Shown piece after piece: positions 10,036 to 20,659 of a stretch of 64,000 bases of DNA. Both the position numbers and the translations under genes were made by a program. The notes below the pieces were generated by a model that had not been told where the DNA came from, ran no database searches, and saw only the letters and a program-made list of their open reading frames with translations. Numbering within the stretch: position 1 is the first letter of the stretch; the number at the start of each line of letters is the position of its first letter. This stretch comes from an uncultured Gammaproteobacteria bacterium (GTDB lineage Bacteria; Patescibacteriota; Patescibacteriia; UBA10025; JAHIVO01), in contig CAZQBL010000013.1 of assembly GCA_964592105.1 (NCBI GenBank), positions 17,706 through 81,705 on the forward strand, read 5' to 3'.

Positions 10036-10617
10036 CTATCTTTCTCCTAAGCGACGGGTAAATTTATCTTTAATATTTTTAAAATCTAAAAATGATTTCT
10101 TCTTCTGTTCTTCGGGTTTTGTCAAGATCTCGGTCTTACCTTTAGACTCATGCTTAATTTCTTTGAAATCAACCACTGGCCGGGCAGTTTCCTTTTCCTT
10201 TGTCGGCGTAGTATGGACTGACGACTTGGCTACTGATTTGACCGTCTTTATCTTGCCCTTCACTTTGGTCTTAGGTGGTGTAACTTTGAGCTCGTCTAAA
10301 ATAATAGTGATGTGCGAGGATCTTTTTAAAATCGGAGTGGCCCGTCCAAAGGCCCGAGGTCTCCAGCGCTTCAACTTTGGCCCTTCGTCAACCATTATCC
10401 TTTTTATAAAAAGATTATCTTTCTTTAATTTAAAATTGTTTTCTGCGTTAGCCACGGCAGAATTCAAAAGTTTCAGCATTGGCCTGGCCGAACCTTTGGA
10501 CAGGAACAACAACTGACTTTCAGCAGCCACCACTGTTTTAGATCTAATAAGATCAGCTACTAATCTGACTTTACGCGGGGCAATTCTTAAAAATCTCAAT
10601 TTGGCCTTAACTTCCAT
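10036..10617 (-). CDS. rplV: 50S ribosomal protein uL22 with long C-terminal extension
   Basis: IAPRKVRLVAD, SAVANA, RPRAFGRA, SHITI followed by ~80 extra residues. Confidence 0.97.
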   Translation of the reverse strand: MEVKAKLRFLRIAPRKVRLVADLIRSKTVVAAESQLLFLSKGSARPMLKLLNSAVANAENNFKLKKDNLFIKRIMVDEGPKLKRWRPRAFGRATPILKRSSHITIILDELKVTPPKTKVKGKIKTVKSVAKSSVHTTPTKEKETARPVVDFKEIKHESKGKTEILTKPEEQKKKSFLDFKNIKDKFTRRLGER

Positions 10618-10632
10618 AGTTCAAAAAAATTT

Positions 10633-10995
10633 TTATTCGCTCTTAAGAGTCTTAGCGCCGGTCGTTGAGGCTTTCTCCTGAGCCGAAGCTAATTCTTTTT
10701 TCTGATTTTCAGCTGCTGCCATTTCAGCTTCGCGTTGCATACGACCACCATGTTTGACGAACTTGCGCGTTGGGGCAAATTCTCCCAGACGATGCCCAAC
10801 CATATTCTCCACAACATAAACCGAAATGTGATCTTTACCATTATGGACACCAAAGGTAAACCCGACCATTTCCGGCGTCACGACTGAATCTCGCGACCAA
10901 GTTTTAATAATTGTCTTGTCGCCAATTTTAAGCTTTGATACTTTCTTCAACAGCTTGGGATCAGTGAATGGACCTTTTTTTATACTCCTGGACAT
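10633..10995 (-). CDS. rpsS: 30S ribosomal protein uS19 with C-terminal tail
   Basis: [26 protein letters not shown]. Confidence 0.98.
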   Translation of the reverse strand: MSRSIKKGPFTDPKLLKKVSKLKIGDKTIIKTWSRDSVVTPEMVGFTFGVHNGKDHISVYVVENMVGHRLGEFAPTRKFVKHGGRMQREAEMAAAENQKKELASAQEKASTTGAKTLKSE

Positions 10996-11036
10996 ATATT
11001 ATTATAAATTACTACTTTTAAAGTTAATTAGTTTGC

Positions 11037-11867
11037 CTAGATCCGTTTTTTAATAATAAATTTATCCGAATATTTACCTGTCTTCCTAGTTTTGACACCC
11101 AGCGCCGGCTTACCCCACGGGGTTTTCGGGTGTTTCATGCCGATCGGATTGTGACCCTCGCCACCGCCATGCGGATGATCAACCGGATTCATGGCTTTGC
11201 CGCGGACCGATGGTTTTATGCCCATCCACCGCTTTTTCCCGGCCTTGCCTAATCTAATATTAAAATGATCCGCATTGGAAACTTGACCAATAGTAGCACA
11301 ACAATCCTTGTGGAATAACCTAACTTCTCCTGAAGGCAATTTTATCTGGGCATAATCCCCCTCCAAGGCCTGAATAATAGCCCCAGCACCGGCGGAACGA
11401 ACCATTTGCGCCCCCGAGCCTGGCTGGATTTCCAAATCATATACCATTATACCTATTGGCATTTTAGACAGGGGCAGGCGGTTGCCAATTTTTATTTCTG
11501 CCCTTTCCAAAGAAGATAAAATTTTATCCCCAACTTTTAGGCCTTCTGGTGCGACAATGTAGCTTTTATCTCCATCAGAATACTGAATCAGCGCCAGATG
11601 GGCAGTTCGGTTAGGATCATACTCCAGAGCCATGACTGTAGCCGGATCATTGTAATGCCGGCGAACATTATCAATGATTCTGACAAAACGTTTGTGACCA
11701 CCGCCTCTATGTCTAACCGTAATTTTACCTTTGTTATTGCGGCCGGCTGGCCGTTTCTTTGAAACTAAAAGATTTTTCTCGGGTCGTTTCTTTGAAAGAT
11801 GCGAAGTGTCTATGACAGAAGCATGTCGGCGACCTGGAGTGGTGGGTTTGTAAGATTTTATCGACAT
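11037..11867 (-). CDS. rplB: 50S ribosomal protein uL2
   Basis: [27 protein letters not shown]. Confidence 0.99.
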   Translation of the reverse strand: MSIKSYKPTTPGRRHASVIDTSHLSKKRPEKNLLVSKKRPAGRNNKGKITVRHRGGGHKRFVRIIDNVRRHYNDPATVMALEYDPNRTAHLALIQYSDGDKSYIVAPEGLKVGDKILSSLERAEIKIGNRLPLSKMPIGIMVYDLEIQPGSGAQMVRSAGAGAIIQALEGDYAQIKLPSGEVRLFHKDCCATIGQVSNADHFNIRLGKAGKKRWMGIKPSVRGKAMNPVDHPHGGGEGHNPIGMKHPKTPWGKPALGVKTRKTGKYSDKFIIKKRI

Positions 11868-11880
11868 AAGCTTAATTTTT

Positions 11881-12387
11881 TTATAATCCTTCCTGAATAT
11901 CTATCTTTTCTCCTTGATTCAGGGTAATGATGGCCTTTTTCCAGCTTTTAGTGCGCCCTTCAGTGCGACCATATCTAATTTTTTTTCCGGAAAAATTCAT
12001 TATATTAACTTTAATGGGATCAACACCGTAAACTTTGCGTATGGCTTTGCGTACCTCCACTTTATTGGTTTCGGGAGCAACGGCAAAAACATACTGATTG
12101 GCCGAGCTTAAATAAGAACCTTTTTCGGTAATTAAAGGATGCGTCAGTACCTTGTAAGCATCACCGGTTTCTTCCTTTTTCTGTTTGGCTTTTTTGGACT
12201 TGACCTCGGCTTTTTTCGTAGTTTCCACCAGTTTGCCGTCAGGGGTCACTACCATCTGTCGTTTTGTCTCGGTTACCGTTTTTGGCTGTTCTTTTTTCTC
12301 GACCTTCGACAGCTTGGAAGTCGTCTCTTTTTTTTGTGGAGTTTTGGCCGAAGTTTCTTTTTTCTTAAAAACGTCTAATAGTCCCAT
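11881..12387 (-). CDS. rplW: 50S ribosomal protein uL23 with long N-terminal extension
   Basis: [19 protein letters not shown] in the C-terminal half; ~75-aa N-terminal extension. Confidence 0.96.
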   Translation of the reverse strand: MGLLDVFKKKETSAKTPQKKETTSKLSKVEKKEQPKTVTETKRQMVVTPDGKLVETTKKAEVKSKKAKQKKEETGDAYKVLTHPLITEKGSYLSSANQYVFAVAPETNKVEVRKAIRKVYGVDPIKVNIMNFSGKKIRYGRTEGRTKSWKKAIITLNQGEKIDIQEGL

Positions 12388-12393
12388 AAAAAA

Positions 12394-13020
12394 TTACAAA
12401 TATGTTTGACTAATCACCTTTAAACTGTCCTGGGGGCATAAAATAAATTCGTGGGCCACTACTTCATAAACATTCAAACTATCGGCGGAAATTGATTTAG
12501 CGTACGGTAAATTCCTAACTGATTTAATAATCTTGTGATCAGTCTTAGGCAGGATCACAAGAATTGTTCCTTTCAAAGGTAATTTCGAAATTACATTTAA
12601 AAACGATTTAGTTTTTATGGCCGACAATTCCAGCTTATCCAAGACAACTAATTTTTTATTAATAGCCTTGTCGGCCAAAGCCATAAACAGGGCGAGTCTT
12701 TTGGCTTTTTTATTCATGCCCAAGGAAAAATTACGATTTTTTCTAGGACCAAACGTCACTCCACCACCTTTCCATATCGGTGAGCGGATGGAGCCATGTC
12801 TGGCTCGGCCAGTGCCTTTCTGACGCCACGGTTTTTTACCGCCGCCACGAACCTCAGCCCTAGTCTTAGTATGGGCCAAAACCAAGCGACTATTGGCCAG
12901 CTGCGTGCGAATCGCCTGCTGGACCAAAGTCGGCTTAACTTTAACGCCGAAAATTTTCGGTTCCAAAGTTAATTCACCAACTTCCTTGCCCATCATATTG
13001 TAAACTTTTGTCTTCTGCAT
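12394..13020 (-). CDS. rplD: 50S ribosomal protein uL4
   Basis: TKTRAEVRGGGKKPWRQKGTGRARHGS. Confidence 0.99.
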   Translation of the reverse strand: MQKTKVYNMMGKEVGELTLEPKIFGVKVKPTLVQQAIRTQLANSRLVLAHTKTRAEVRGGGKKPWRQKGTGRARHGSIRSPIWKGGGVTFGPRKNRNFSLGMNKKAKRLALFMALADKAINKKLVVLDKLELSAIKTKSFLNVISKLPLKGTILVILPKTDHKIIKSVRNLPYAKSISADSLNVYEVVAHEFILCPQDSLKVISQTYL

Positions 13021-13077
13021 AATTATTTACTTTTTACCTCTTCCTTACTCTCTTTCGGGGTCTTCGGCCTCACGACT

Positions 13078-13755
13078 TTATTTTATTTTTTCCTTCTGCT
13101 CCGGGCTAACCACGGTCGGTTCTGCCTCGGCTGAGGCCGCGACCATCTCGCCAGTTGTGCGGATCATTAAAAGTCCTCTATTGCTACCTGGCAGTGCGCC
13201 TTTGACATACATAAGGTTATTTTCCTTATCAATCTCCACTACTTCCAAATTATCAATAGTAACTCTTTGATTGCCCATATGGCCGGCCATACGGCGACCT
13301 TTTGGCACGCGCTGAGGGGCCGTGGCGCCGACAGAACCCGGCATCCGCAGTTGATCTTTGTGTCCGTGGGAAGCGGGTGATCCGCCGAAACCATGACGCC
13401 TGACCACACCCTGAAAGCCCTTACCTTTAGAGTAGCCGGTAACAGTCAGTTTGTCCCCGACCTGAAAATTTTCTACGGTTATCTTATCGCCACGTTTAAC
13501 AGTGGCCGGCTTATCTATTTTGACTTCTTTTAAAAATTTAAGTGGTACAAGCCCCTTGAGATGGCCCCGCACTGGTTGGCTTATTTTGCGGACTTTCTGG
13601 AAGCCCAGCTGAATGGCATCATAACCATCCTTAGCCTTGGTTTTAACCTGAGTAACGAAACATGGCCCGGCCATAACAACAGTTACAGGCAAGACGCGTC
13701 CGTCTTCTTTGAACCTTTGAGTCATTCCAATTTTTGTAGCCAAGATAAATTTCAT
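13078..13755 (-). CDS. rplC: 50S ribosomal protein uL3
   Basis: KIGMTQ, KGKGFQGVVRRHGF, RMAGHMG; ATG start MKFIL. Confidence 0.98.
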   Translation of the reverse strand: MKFILATKIGMTQRFKEDGRVLPVTVVMAGPCFVTQVKTKAKDGYDAIQLGFQKVRKISQPVRGHLKGLVPLKFLKEVKIDKPATVKRGDKITVENFQVGDKLTVTGYSKGKGFQGVVRRHGFGGSPASHGHKDQLRMPGSVGATAPQRVPKGRRMAGHMGNQRVTIDNLEVVEIDKENNLMYVKGALPGSNRGLLMIRTTGEMVAASAEAEPTVVSPEQKEKIK

Positions 13756-13945
13756 AGACAAAATAAAAATCCGGTGTATGAATTAACGCCAGAGTTCATT
13801 AAATTCCGGCGCCAAACTACCGGTCTTTTAGTATACTACTGGCAAATCGTTATCTAAGGATTACCCTATCTATAAACCTAAGAATTTTCATCCTTAGAAC
13901 CTATCTACCTATTAAATTTTTAAAAATATATATACACCACTCACT

Positions 13946-14002
13946 CCACTAATCCATATATCGCGCATGCCCCGCGAAACTTAACGGGCGAAGCGGGGAA
14001 TC
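13946..14002 (-). repeat. Dispersed palindromic (REP-like) element, copy 1
   Basis: Reverse complement GATTCCCCGCTTCGC...GTTTCGCGGGGCATGCGCGATATATGGATTAGTGG resembles 19769-19823. Confidence 0.7.
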
Positions 14003-14100
14003 CAACGAATAATCACGAATAATCTTAAAAAAATCTGAATGAATTATTTTGTGGGTTTTTATTGATATTAGAAAGTGATAATAAATTCGTGATTATATTA

Positions 14101-14493
14101 CTACATTTTAATTTCCACGTCAACCCCTGAAGGCAAATTTAGACTCATCATGGCATCTATAGTTTTTGGGGTGGGATTTATGACTTCTATCAGACGCTTG
14201 TGAATGCGCATTTCATATTGCTCGCGAGCATTCTTATGGACAAAAGTCGAGCGATTCACCGTGTACTTCTTTTTTTCCGTGGGCAATGGAATTGGTCCCT
14301 TGGTTTGCGCGCCGGTACGTTTAGCCGTATCCAAGATTGTCCGCGTCGACTGATCAATTATTTTATGATCATAAGCGCGAATTCTGATACGAATGCGCTG
14401 CTGTGTTTCTTCGTTACTGTTGGCTGGCGCAACGGCAGCGGTCGGTTTGTTGTCCGCCAAGTCTTCGATTTTCTTATTTTCCTGTTTTAGCAT
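14101..14493 (-). CDS. rpsJ: 30S ribosomal protein uS10 with N-terminal extension
   Basis: [31 protein letters not shown]; start set at MLKQENK. Confidence 0.96.
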   Translation of the reverse strand: MLKQENKKIEDLADNKPTAAVAPANSNEETQQRIRIRIRAYDHKIIDQSTRTILDTAKRTGAQTKGPIPLPTEKKKYTVNRSTFVHKNAREQYEMRIHKRLIEVINPTPKTIDAMMSLNLPSGVDVEIKM

Positions 14494-14613
14494 GTCAGTA
14501 TTAATGTGAGAATTAATCCCAAGCCCGCACCGCCAAGCCTGATCAGCTGAAAGCAAAGAGTCAAGGTGCAAGGCAACTTACTAACTAAAAAATGTTTTTT
14601 AAAGAAGAAAAAA

Positions 14614-15798
14614 CTATTTAATGATCTTGGAAACCACGCCCGCACCGACAGTACGTCCACCCTCGCGGATGGCAAAATTCTGCTGTTCTTCCAAAGCAAT
14701 TGGTACGATCAATTTAATTTTAAGTTTGACACTGTCCCCCGGCATGACCATTTCGGTTTTTTCCGGTAATTCAACCTCTCCGGTAACATCAGTAGTTCGA
14801 ATATAAAATTGGGGTTTATAGCCTTTGAAAAACGGGGTGTGCCGGCCGCCTTCCTCTTTAGTCAAAACATAAACCTCTCCCTCAAATTCAGTATGAGGCG
14901 TTACCGACCCAGGTTTAGCGATAACCTGGCCCCTCTCCACATCATCTTTCTTGATGCCTCTAAGCAGAATGCCAGCATTGTCCCCGGCTCGACCTTCATC
15001 CAAAGATTTGTTGAACATTTCAATGCCGGTCACCACGGTTTTAGTTGTCGGCTTGAGACCAACAATTTCAACTTCGTCATTTAATTTAACTACCCCTCGA
15101 TCAATCTTACCGGTAACCACGGTACCGCGACCTTCAATGGAAAAGATGTCTTCGATAGGCATAAGAAACGGCTTATCGACATCGCGCTTCGGCTCAGGAA
15201 TAAATTCATCCAGTGCTTTAGCCAATTCCATAATCGCTTCTTTGTGCTTTTCATCGCCTTCCAAAGCTTTCAAAGCGGAACCTTTGATGATCGGGGTGGT
15301 ATCACCTGGATAATTGTATTTCTTCAATAAATCACGAACTTCAACTTCAACTAGATCAATCAGTTCTTTATCATCAACCATATCAACTTTATTCAAAAAG
15401 ACAATGATGTTCGGCACGCCAACTTGGTGAGCCAAAAGAATATGTTCACGGGTCTGAGGCATGGGTCCGTCGGCAGCAGAAACCACCAAAATAGCTCCAT
15501 CCATCTGGGCGGCGCCGGTAATCATGTTTTTGACATAATCAGCATGACCCGGACAATCAATATGAGCATAATGTCTTTTTTCAGTTTCATATTCCACGTG
15601 AGCAGTAGCAATGGTAATACCACGCTCTTTTTCTTCGGGAGCATTGTCAATTTGATCAACGGATTTTTCCTGAGCATTAAAACCCTTTTCTTTTAAAACT
15701 TTAAGTATAGCCGCAGTTAACGTGGTCTTTCCGTGGTCAACATGGCCAATAGTACCAACGTTGACGTGCGGTTTTGTTCTTTCGAATTTAGCTGCCAT
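14614..15798 (-). CDS. tuf: Elongation factor Tu
   Basis: [33 protein letters not shown]. Confidence 0.99.
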   Translation of the reverse strand: MAAKFERTKPHVNVGTIGHVDHGKTTLTAAILKVLKEKGFNAQEKSVDQIDNAPEEKERGITIATAHVEYETEKRHYAHIDCPGHADYVKNMITGAAQMDGAILVVSAADGPMPQTREHILLAHQVGVPNIIVFLNKVDMVDDKELIDLVEVEVRDLLKKYNYPGDTTPIIKGSALKALEGDEKHKEAIMELAKALDEFIPEPKRDVDKPFLMPIEDIFSIEGRGTVVTGKIDRGVVKLNDEVEIVGLKPTTKTVVTGIEMFNKSLDEGRAGDNAGILLRGIKKDDVERGQVIAKPGSVTPHTEFEGEVYVLTKEEGGRHTPFFKGYKPQFYIRTTDVTGEVELPEKTEMVMPGDSVKLKIKLIVPIALEEQQNFAIREGGRTVGAGVVSKIIK

Positions 15799-15858
15799 AG
15801 TGATGTATTTCCTTAAAATTTAAACTTTTTAAATGAATTATATTAAATTGCACTATCG

Positions 15859-15887
15859 ATTATAGCAATGTTCGCCCATTTAAGCAA
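15859..15887 (-). promoter_or_regulatory. Sigma70-type promoter for tuf
   Basis: TTGCTT-N17-TATAAT with extended -10 TG. Confidence 0.65.
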
Positions 15888-16043
15888 GATGACCCCATAA
15901 TCCAATATAATTAATCCTTAAAAACCATTTAAAAAAACGAGTATTTTAGCGAAAATATGGTTTTTAACGTTTTTTCCCAAGTTCGTGGAAAATAACCGAT
16001 AAAAACTTATCCCCAAGAGGTGTGGATATCGACTGACTGCGAT

Positions 16044-18137
16044 TTATCTTCCCTTTGGCGCACCATTTGTTTTCGCCCCGATGATCTGTTCCGTGACATT
16101 GCGCGGCACGATCTGATAGTTAGAAAATTCCATGGAATACGAAGCTCGGCCTTGTGACATGGAGCGGAGCTGAGTGGCATAGCCGAACATCTCTGCCAAC
16201 GGAACTGTGGCATCGATTATCTTCATCATACCGCGTTCGCGCATCTCATTGATGCTAGCGCGCTTTGAATTTAAATCACCAATAATATCCCCCATGAATT
16301 TTTCCGGGGTGACTACTTCAACCTTCATAATCGGCTCCAAAAGTACCAGGCCCGCGCGTCGTGATGCTTCTTGAAGGGCTATTGAACCGGCAATTTTAAA
16401 AGCCGCTTCTGACGAATCAACTTCATGATAACTACCATCAAGCAGTGTCGCCTTAATATCAACCAACGGGTAATGAGCCAAAACACCTCGCTCCATGGCT
16501 TCTTTGATGCCTTTTTCAATCGGAGCAATATATTCCCTGGGTATGTTGCCACCCTTGACTTCATCAACGAATTCAAAACCTTCACCGCGATTCTTAGGCT
16601 CCACCCGAATTATACAATGACCGTATTGACCGCGACCGCCGGACTGACGAATGTATTTACCTTCGGCCTCGGCAATTTTGGTAATAGTCTCTTTATAAGC
16701 AACCTGGGGCCGACCAACATTGGCTTCAACTTTAAACTCTCGCCTCATACGGTCGACAATAATATCCAAATGCAACTCGCCCATGCCGGAAATGATTGTC
16801 TGATTAATTTCCTCGTCGGATTTAATGCGAAAAGTCGGGTCTTCCTCAGCCAGTTTAGCCAGGGCCAAGCCCATTTTTTCCTGATCTGCCTTGGTCTTGG
16901 GCTCGATGGCCACGGAAATGACCGGCTCGGGAAAAGTAATTGATTCTAAAACAATAGGGTTGTCAGGATCACACAAGGTATTACCAGTAGTCGTATTTTT
17001 CAAACCAACAGCAGCAGCAATCTCCCCAGCAAAAACCTCCTTAACTTCCTCGCGATGGTTTGCGTGCATACGCACAATGCGACCCACGCGTTCTTTGAAA
17101 TCCTTCGTGGTATTCAGAACATAGGAACCAGCATCAATTTTTCCTGAATAAACTCGGAAAAAAGTCAACGTACCTACGTAGGGGTCCGTAGCCACTTTGA
17201 AAGCCAGAGCGGAAAATGGCTGATTATCGTCTGCCAAACGCTCAATTTCCCCCTTTGTCTTGGGATCAATTCCTTTAACCGGCGGTATGTCCAAAGGTGA
17301 AGGCAAATATTCAACCACCGCGTCCAACAAAAACTGAATTCCCTTATTTTTCAACGCCGAACCCACTAAGATAGGCATAATCTTATTTTCAATTGTAGCC
17401 CGTCTCAGCACGCGCCGCAACTCTTCATTGGAAATATCCTGATTGTCCAGATATTTTTGCAAAAGCGCGTCGTCCTGTTCAGCTATTTTTTCTACCATGG
17501 CGTGGCGGTATTCCTCAACTTTATCCTTCATATCCTCCGGAATGGTCGTTTCTTCAAATTCCTTACCTAAATCATCTTTATAAATAACTGCTTTTCGCTC
17601 GAATAAATCAATAATTCCTTTAAAATTTACTTCGGCGCCAATAGGTAATTGAATTGGTACGGCGTTGGGGGTAAGACGCTCTTTGATGGCTGTCACATCA
17701 GCATAAAAATCAGCTCCTGTTCTGTCCATTTTATTTATAAAACCCATCAGCGGAACCTTAAACTTTTCCGCCTGATGGAAAACAGTCTCTGACTGTGGTT
17801 CCACACCGGCCACGCCGTCAAAAACAATAAAACCGCCGTCCAGCACACGCAAACTACGCTGCACCTCAACGGTAAAATCAATATGCCCTGGAGTATCGAT
17901 CAAATTCAGACGATGACCCTTCCAGAAACAGGTCGTGGCCGCGGAAGTAATGGTAATACCGCGTTCTTTTTCTTGTTCCATCCAGTCCATTTCCGCCGCA
18001 CCCTCATGAACCTCTCCAATCTTGTGCTTTTTTCCGGTATAAAAAAGTATCCGCTCGGAGACGGTAGTCTTACCGGCGTCAATATGAGCTATCACGCCGA
18101 TATTTCTGGTCTTTTCTAAACTGTATTCACGAGGCAT
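16044..18137 (-). CDS. fusA: Elongation factor G
   Basis: [36 protein letters not shown]. Confidence 0.99.
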   Translation of the reverse strand: MPREYSLEKTRNIGVIAHIDAGKTTVSERILFYTGKKHKIGEVHEGAAEMDWMEQEKERGITITSAATTCFWKGHRLNLIDTPGHIDFTVEVQRSLRVLDGGFIVFDGVAGVEPQSETVFHQAEKFKVPLMGFINKMDRTGADFYADVTAIKERLTPNAVPIQLPIGAEVNFKGIIDLFERKAVIYKDDLGKEFEETTIPEDMKDKVEEYRHAMVEKIAEQDDALLQKYLDNQDISNEELRRVLRRATIENKIMPILVGSALKNKGIQFLLDAVVEYLPSPLDIPPVKGIDPKTKGEIERLADDNQPFSALAFKVATDPYVGTLTFFRVYSGKIDAGSYVLNTTKDFKERVGRIVRMHANHREEVKEVFAGEIAAAVGLKNTTTGNTLCDPDNPIVLESITFPEPVISVAIEPKTKADQEKMGLALAKLAEEDPTFRIKSDEEINQTIISGMGELHLDIIVDRMRREFKVEANVGRPQVAYKETITKIAEAEGKYIRQSGGRGQYGHCIIRVEPKNRGEGFEFVDEVKGGNIPREYIAPIEKGIKEAMERGVLAHYPLVDIKATLLDGSYHEVDSSEAAFKIAGSIALQEASRRAGLVLLEPIMKVEVVTPEKFMGDIIGDLNSKRASINEMRERGMMKIIDATVPLAEMFGYATQLRSMSQGRASYSMEFSNYQIVPRNVTEQIIGAKTNGAPKGR

Positions 18138-18141
18138 ATTA

Positions 18142-18796
18142 TTTACTTGTTTTATCTAATAATTTATTAATTTTCTCATTTATTTCATTAAGTTTTTGAT
18201 CGAAATTTCTCAAATATTCGCAAATTTTTTATCATTCAATTCAGATAATTTTAATTTTTCCAAATTTTCTGCGATATTATTTAATTCGTTATATATCTTT
18301 ACTAGAGACTAGATACTCAATCCACTCCCAGCACTCAATCGCTTTGGCTCGCCTCAATTAAACTTCATCATTGATGGTTAGTTTTTTCTTTCCTTGTTCT
18401 GTCTTTTGAACCGAAGTCGATTTTGTTTCCCGAGCTGTCGATGGCGTTGGTACGCCCAAGACCAATTTTAGATATTCATCAATCTCCTTTTCCTGATCAG
18501 CCCAGGTAATTTTTCCGGAACGAACATCAGCTTTGAATTGTTCCATCAGATCTTCTGCACTCTTGTGAGCTTTTTCTTGCTGCCTCAACAAATTCTTATT
18601 TACATCCTGCATCTATTCCTCAAAATCGTGCCGACCTCGGGAACGCCCTAGTGTTAGTGATGCTCGACTCTATGTTTTTGCCAATCATCATATTCCTTCT
18701 GTACTACCTCAATATTCTCTACTACTAAAACAGGATGGTCGGTAGCGTGAGCGCCTCTCGGTTAGTCACATTTTTCGCAGATTGATTGTGACTCAT
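18142..18796 (-). pseudogene. Decayed coding remnant(s) inserted between rpsG and fusA (includes ORF 18358-18612)
   Basis: Coding-like segments in several frames broken by stops and frameshifts, e.g. LVKIYNELNNIAENLEKLKLSELNDKK / [27 protein letters not shown]. Confidence 0.45.
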
Positions 18797-18812
18797 GTTC
18801 CACCATATTGAT

Positions 18813-19277
18813 TCATGCAAAATGAGCAAAAGCACGATTGGCTTCGGCCATCCGATGCACGTCTTGACGTTTTTTCATGGCTTCGCCCTGTTTAGTAGAA
18901 GCGTCAATCAATTCCTGGGCAATTTTTTCCCTCATCGGCGCGCCTTTGCGACGCCTGGCCGCTTCAATTATCCAGCGCATGGCCAGGGTCAATTGCCTAT
19001 CGCCTCTAACTTCAACCGGTACCTGATAATTAGCACCACCGATACGACGAGACTTAACCTCAAGTATCGGGGCCACATTCTTTATAGCTTGCTCAAAAAC
19101 GGCTAAACTATCTTTTTTTGTCTTGGCAGCAATAATATCCAAAGCCCCATAAACCACGCTTTCGGCCACTGTTTTTTTGCCGCGCCTCATAACGTGGTTA
19201 ATGAACTTGGCTAGGGTTAAATTATTGAATTTAGAATCACCGGGTATTTTTCTTTTGGGTGCTGGTTTGCCTCGCAT
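18813..19277 (-). CDS. rpsG: 30S ribosomal protein uS7
   Basis: [27 protein letters not shown]. Confidence 0.99.
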   Translation of the reverse strand: MRGKPAPKRKIPGDSKFNNLTLAKFINHVMRRGKKTVAESVVYGALDIIAAKTKKDSLAVFEQAIKNVAPILEVKSRRIGGANYQVPVEVRGDRQLTLAMRWIIEAARRRKGAPMREKIAQELIDASTKQGEAMKKRQDVHRMAEANRAFAHFA

Positions 19278-19280
19278 ATA

Positions 19281-19697
19281 TTATTTTTCCTTTTTAACTC
19301 CGTACAGACTTCGGCCTTGTTTACGGTCAGCCACGCCTTGGGTATCATAAACACCCCTGACAACATGGTACCTGACACCAGGCAGGTCTTTAACACGACC
19401 GCCACGGATCAAAACTATGGAGTGTTCCTGCAAATTGTGACCAATTCCAGGAATATAAGCGGTAACCTCCATCCCATTGGAAAGTCTGACTCTAGCAATT
19501 TTTCTCAAGGCTGAATTAGGTTTCTTGGGCGTGGTGGTAGTAACTTTGACGCAAACACCGCGCTTGAATGGCGAACCCTTTGGCAATTCGGTCCGCTTCC
19601 GGCATATGGTATTCAAAACAGGAGCCAAGGCCGGAGTTTTTGATTTTTTACCGATAGTTTTTCGGCCTTTTCTGATTAGTTGATTAATGGTAGGCAT
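19281..19697 (-). CDS. rpsL: 30S ribosomal protein uS12
   Basis: [30 protein letters not shown]. Confidence 0.99.
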   Translation of the reverse strand: MPTINQLIRKGRKTIGKKSKTPALAPVLNTICRKRTELPKGSPFKRGVCVKVTTTTPKKPNSALRKIARVRLSNGMEVTAYIPGIGHNLQEHSIVLIRGGRVKDLPGVRYHVVRGVYDTQGVADRKQGRSLYGVKKEK

Positions 19698-19768
19698 ATT
19701 TTCTCATAAATATTTAGTCACAAATCTCACTAAATCCTTTAAACGACTGTTTCGCAAATAAACGTGTT

Positions 19769-19823
19769 GATTCCCCACTTCGCAAGCAGGTTTCGCGGGG
19801 TAAGCGTGATAATTGATTAGTGG
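19769..19823 (+). repeat. Dispersed palindromic (REP-like) element, copy 2
   Basis: GATTCCCCACTTCGC...GTTTCGCGGGGTAAGCGTGATAATTGATTAGTGG; inverted copy at 13946-14002. Confidence 0.7.
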
Positions 19824-19891
19824 TATTTAATTTTTTAATGAATTAACTCAAATAAAAAAGTATCATAATGACGATACCCGAGTTCGGCTTC

Positions 19892-19920
19892 ATACTAACA
19901 CGGGCATCAAACAATGTCAA
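19892..19920 (-). promoter_or_regulatory. Sigma70 promoter of str operon
   Basis: TTGACA-N17-TAGTAT. Confidence 0.7.
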
Positions 19921-19963
19921 GATTCATCGGGTAATAAGTAAAATCATTCGGAAAATGAACCTC

Positions 19964-20584
19964 TCAGCCAAAAATCCTTATAACAAATGAATAGAGTATC
20001 CGAAACAATGAGTAAAAAAGCGAGCCGCCGAAAATCACAAAAGTCAAAAGTATCCATGGTCCATAAACTTCGAATCTAACTATCAAGTCCTGCCTGGCTG
20101 GCGGAATAACGGCATAAAGCAGCTTGGAGCCGTCTAGTGGCGGTAGAGGCAACAAATTAAACACGGCTAAAACGAAATTAATGTAAATAAGAACTCCCAG
20201 AAAATTAATCAATAAGTTTTCCGGTCCAAGAACATTATTGATCGTCAGAATTTTCAGAGCAAAACCAAAGATCACGAAACTTAAGATATTTGACGCCGGT
20301 CCGGCTAAAGAAACGAGCACTGGCCCCCATTTTTTATTTTTCAAATTATATGGATTAAAAGGCACCGGCTTGCCCCAGCCAAACCCGGCTAACAACAAAA
20401 CCATGAAACCTACAGGGTCAAGGTGAGCCAAAGGATTAAAAGTCAGCCGTCCCTGGTTAGCGGCTGTCCGATCGCCCTGAAGATAGGCGGCATAAGCATG
20501 CGAAAATTCATGGACGGTAATGGCGTAGATAATAGCCACCAACCAGACAATCAGCAGTTCGGGTTGCGTGATAAGTTGCCACAT
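19964..20584 (-). CDS. Site-2 protease (peptidase M50, YwhC-like)
   Basis: HEFSH, NPLAHLDP, AGPASN, FNLLPLPPLDG. Confidence 0.95.
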   Translation of the reverse strand: MWQLITQPELLIVWLVAIIYAITVHEFSHAYAAYLQGDRTAANQGRLTFNPLAHLDPVGFMVLLLAGFGWGKPVPFNPYNLKNKKWGPVLVSLAGPASNILSFVIFGFALKILTINNVLGPENLLINFLGVLIYINFVLAVFNLLPLPPLDGSKLLYAVIPPARQDLIVRFEVYGPWILLTFVIFGGSLFYSLFRILYSFVIRIFG

Positions 20585-20659
20585 AAATATCTAAGACCTT
20601 GACCAAGGTAAAAAAATAAAGTACACTAAGTATACCAAAAATACTAATATCTTCAAGCT

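Noticed and set aside
497-19683. Numerous plus-strand ORFs in the track across the r-protein/EF region
   Set aside because: Antisense shadows of well-conserved minus-strand genes; no motifs of their own
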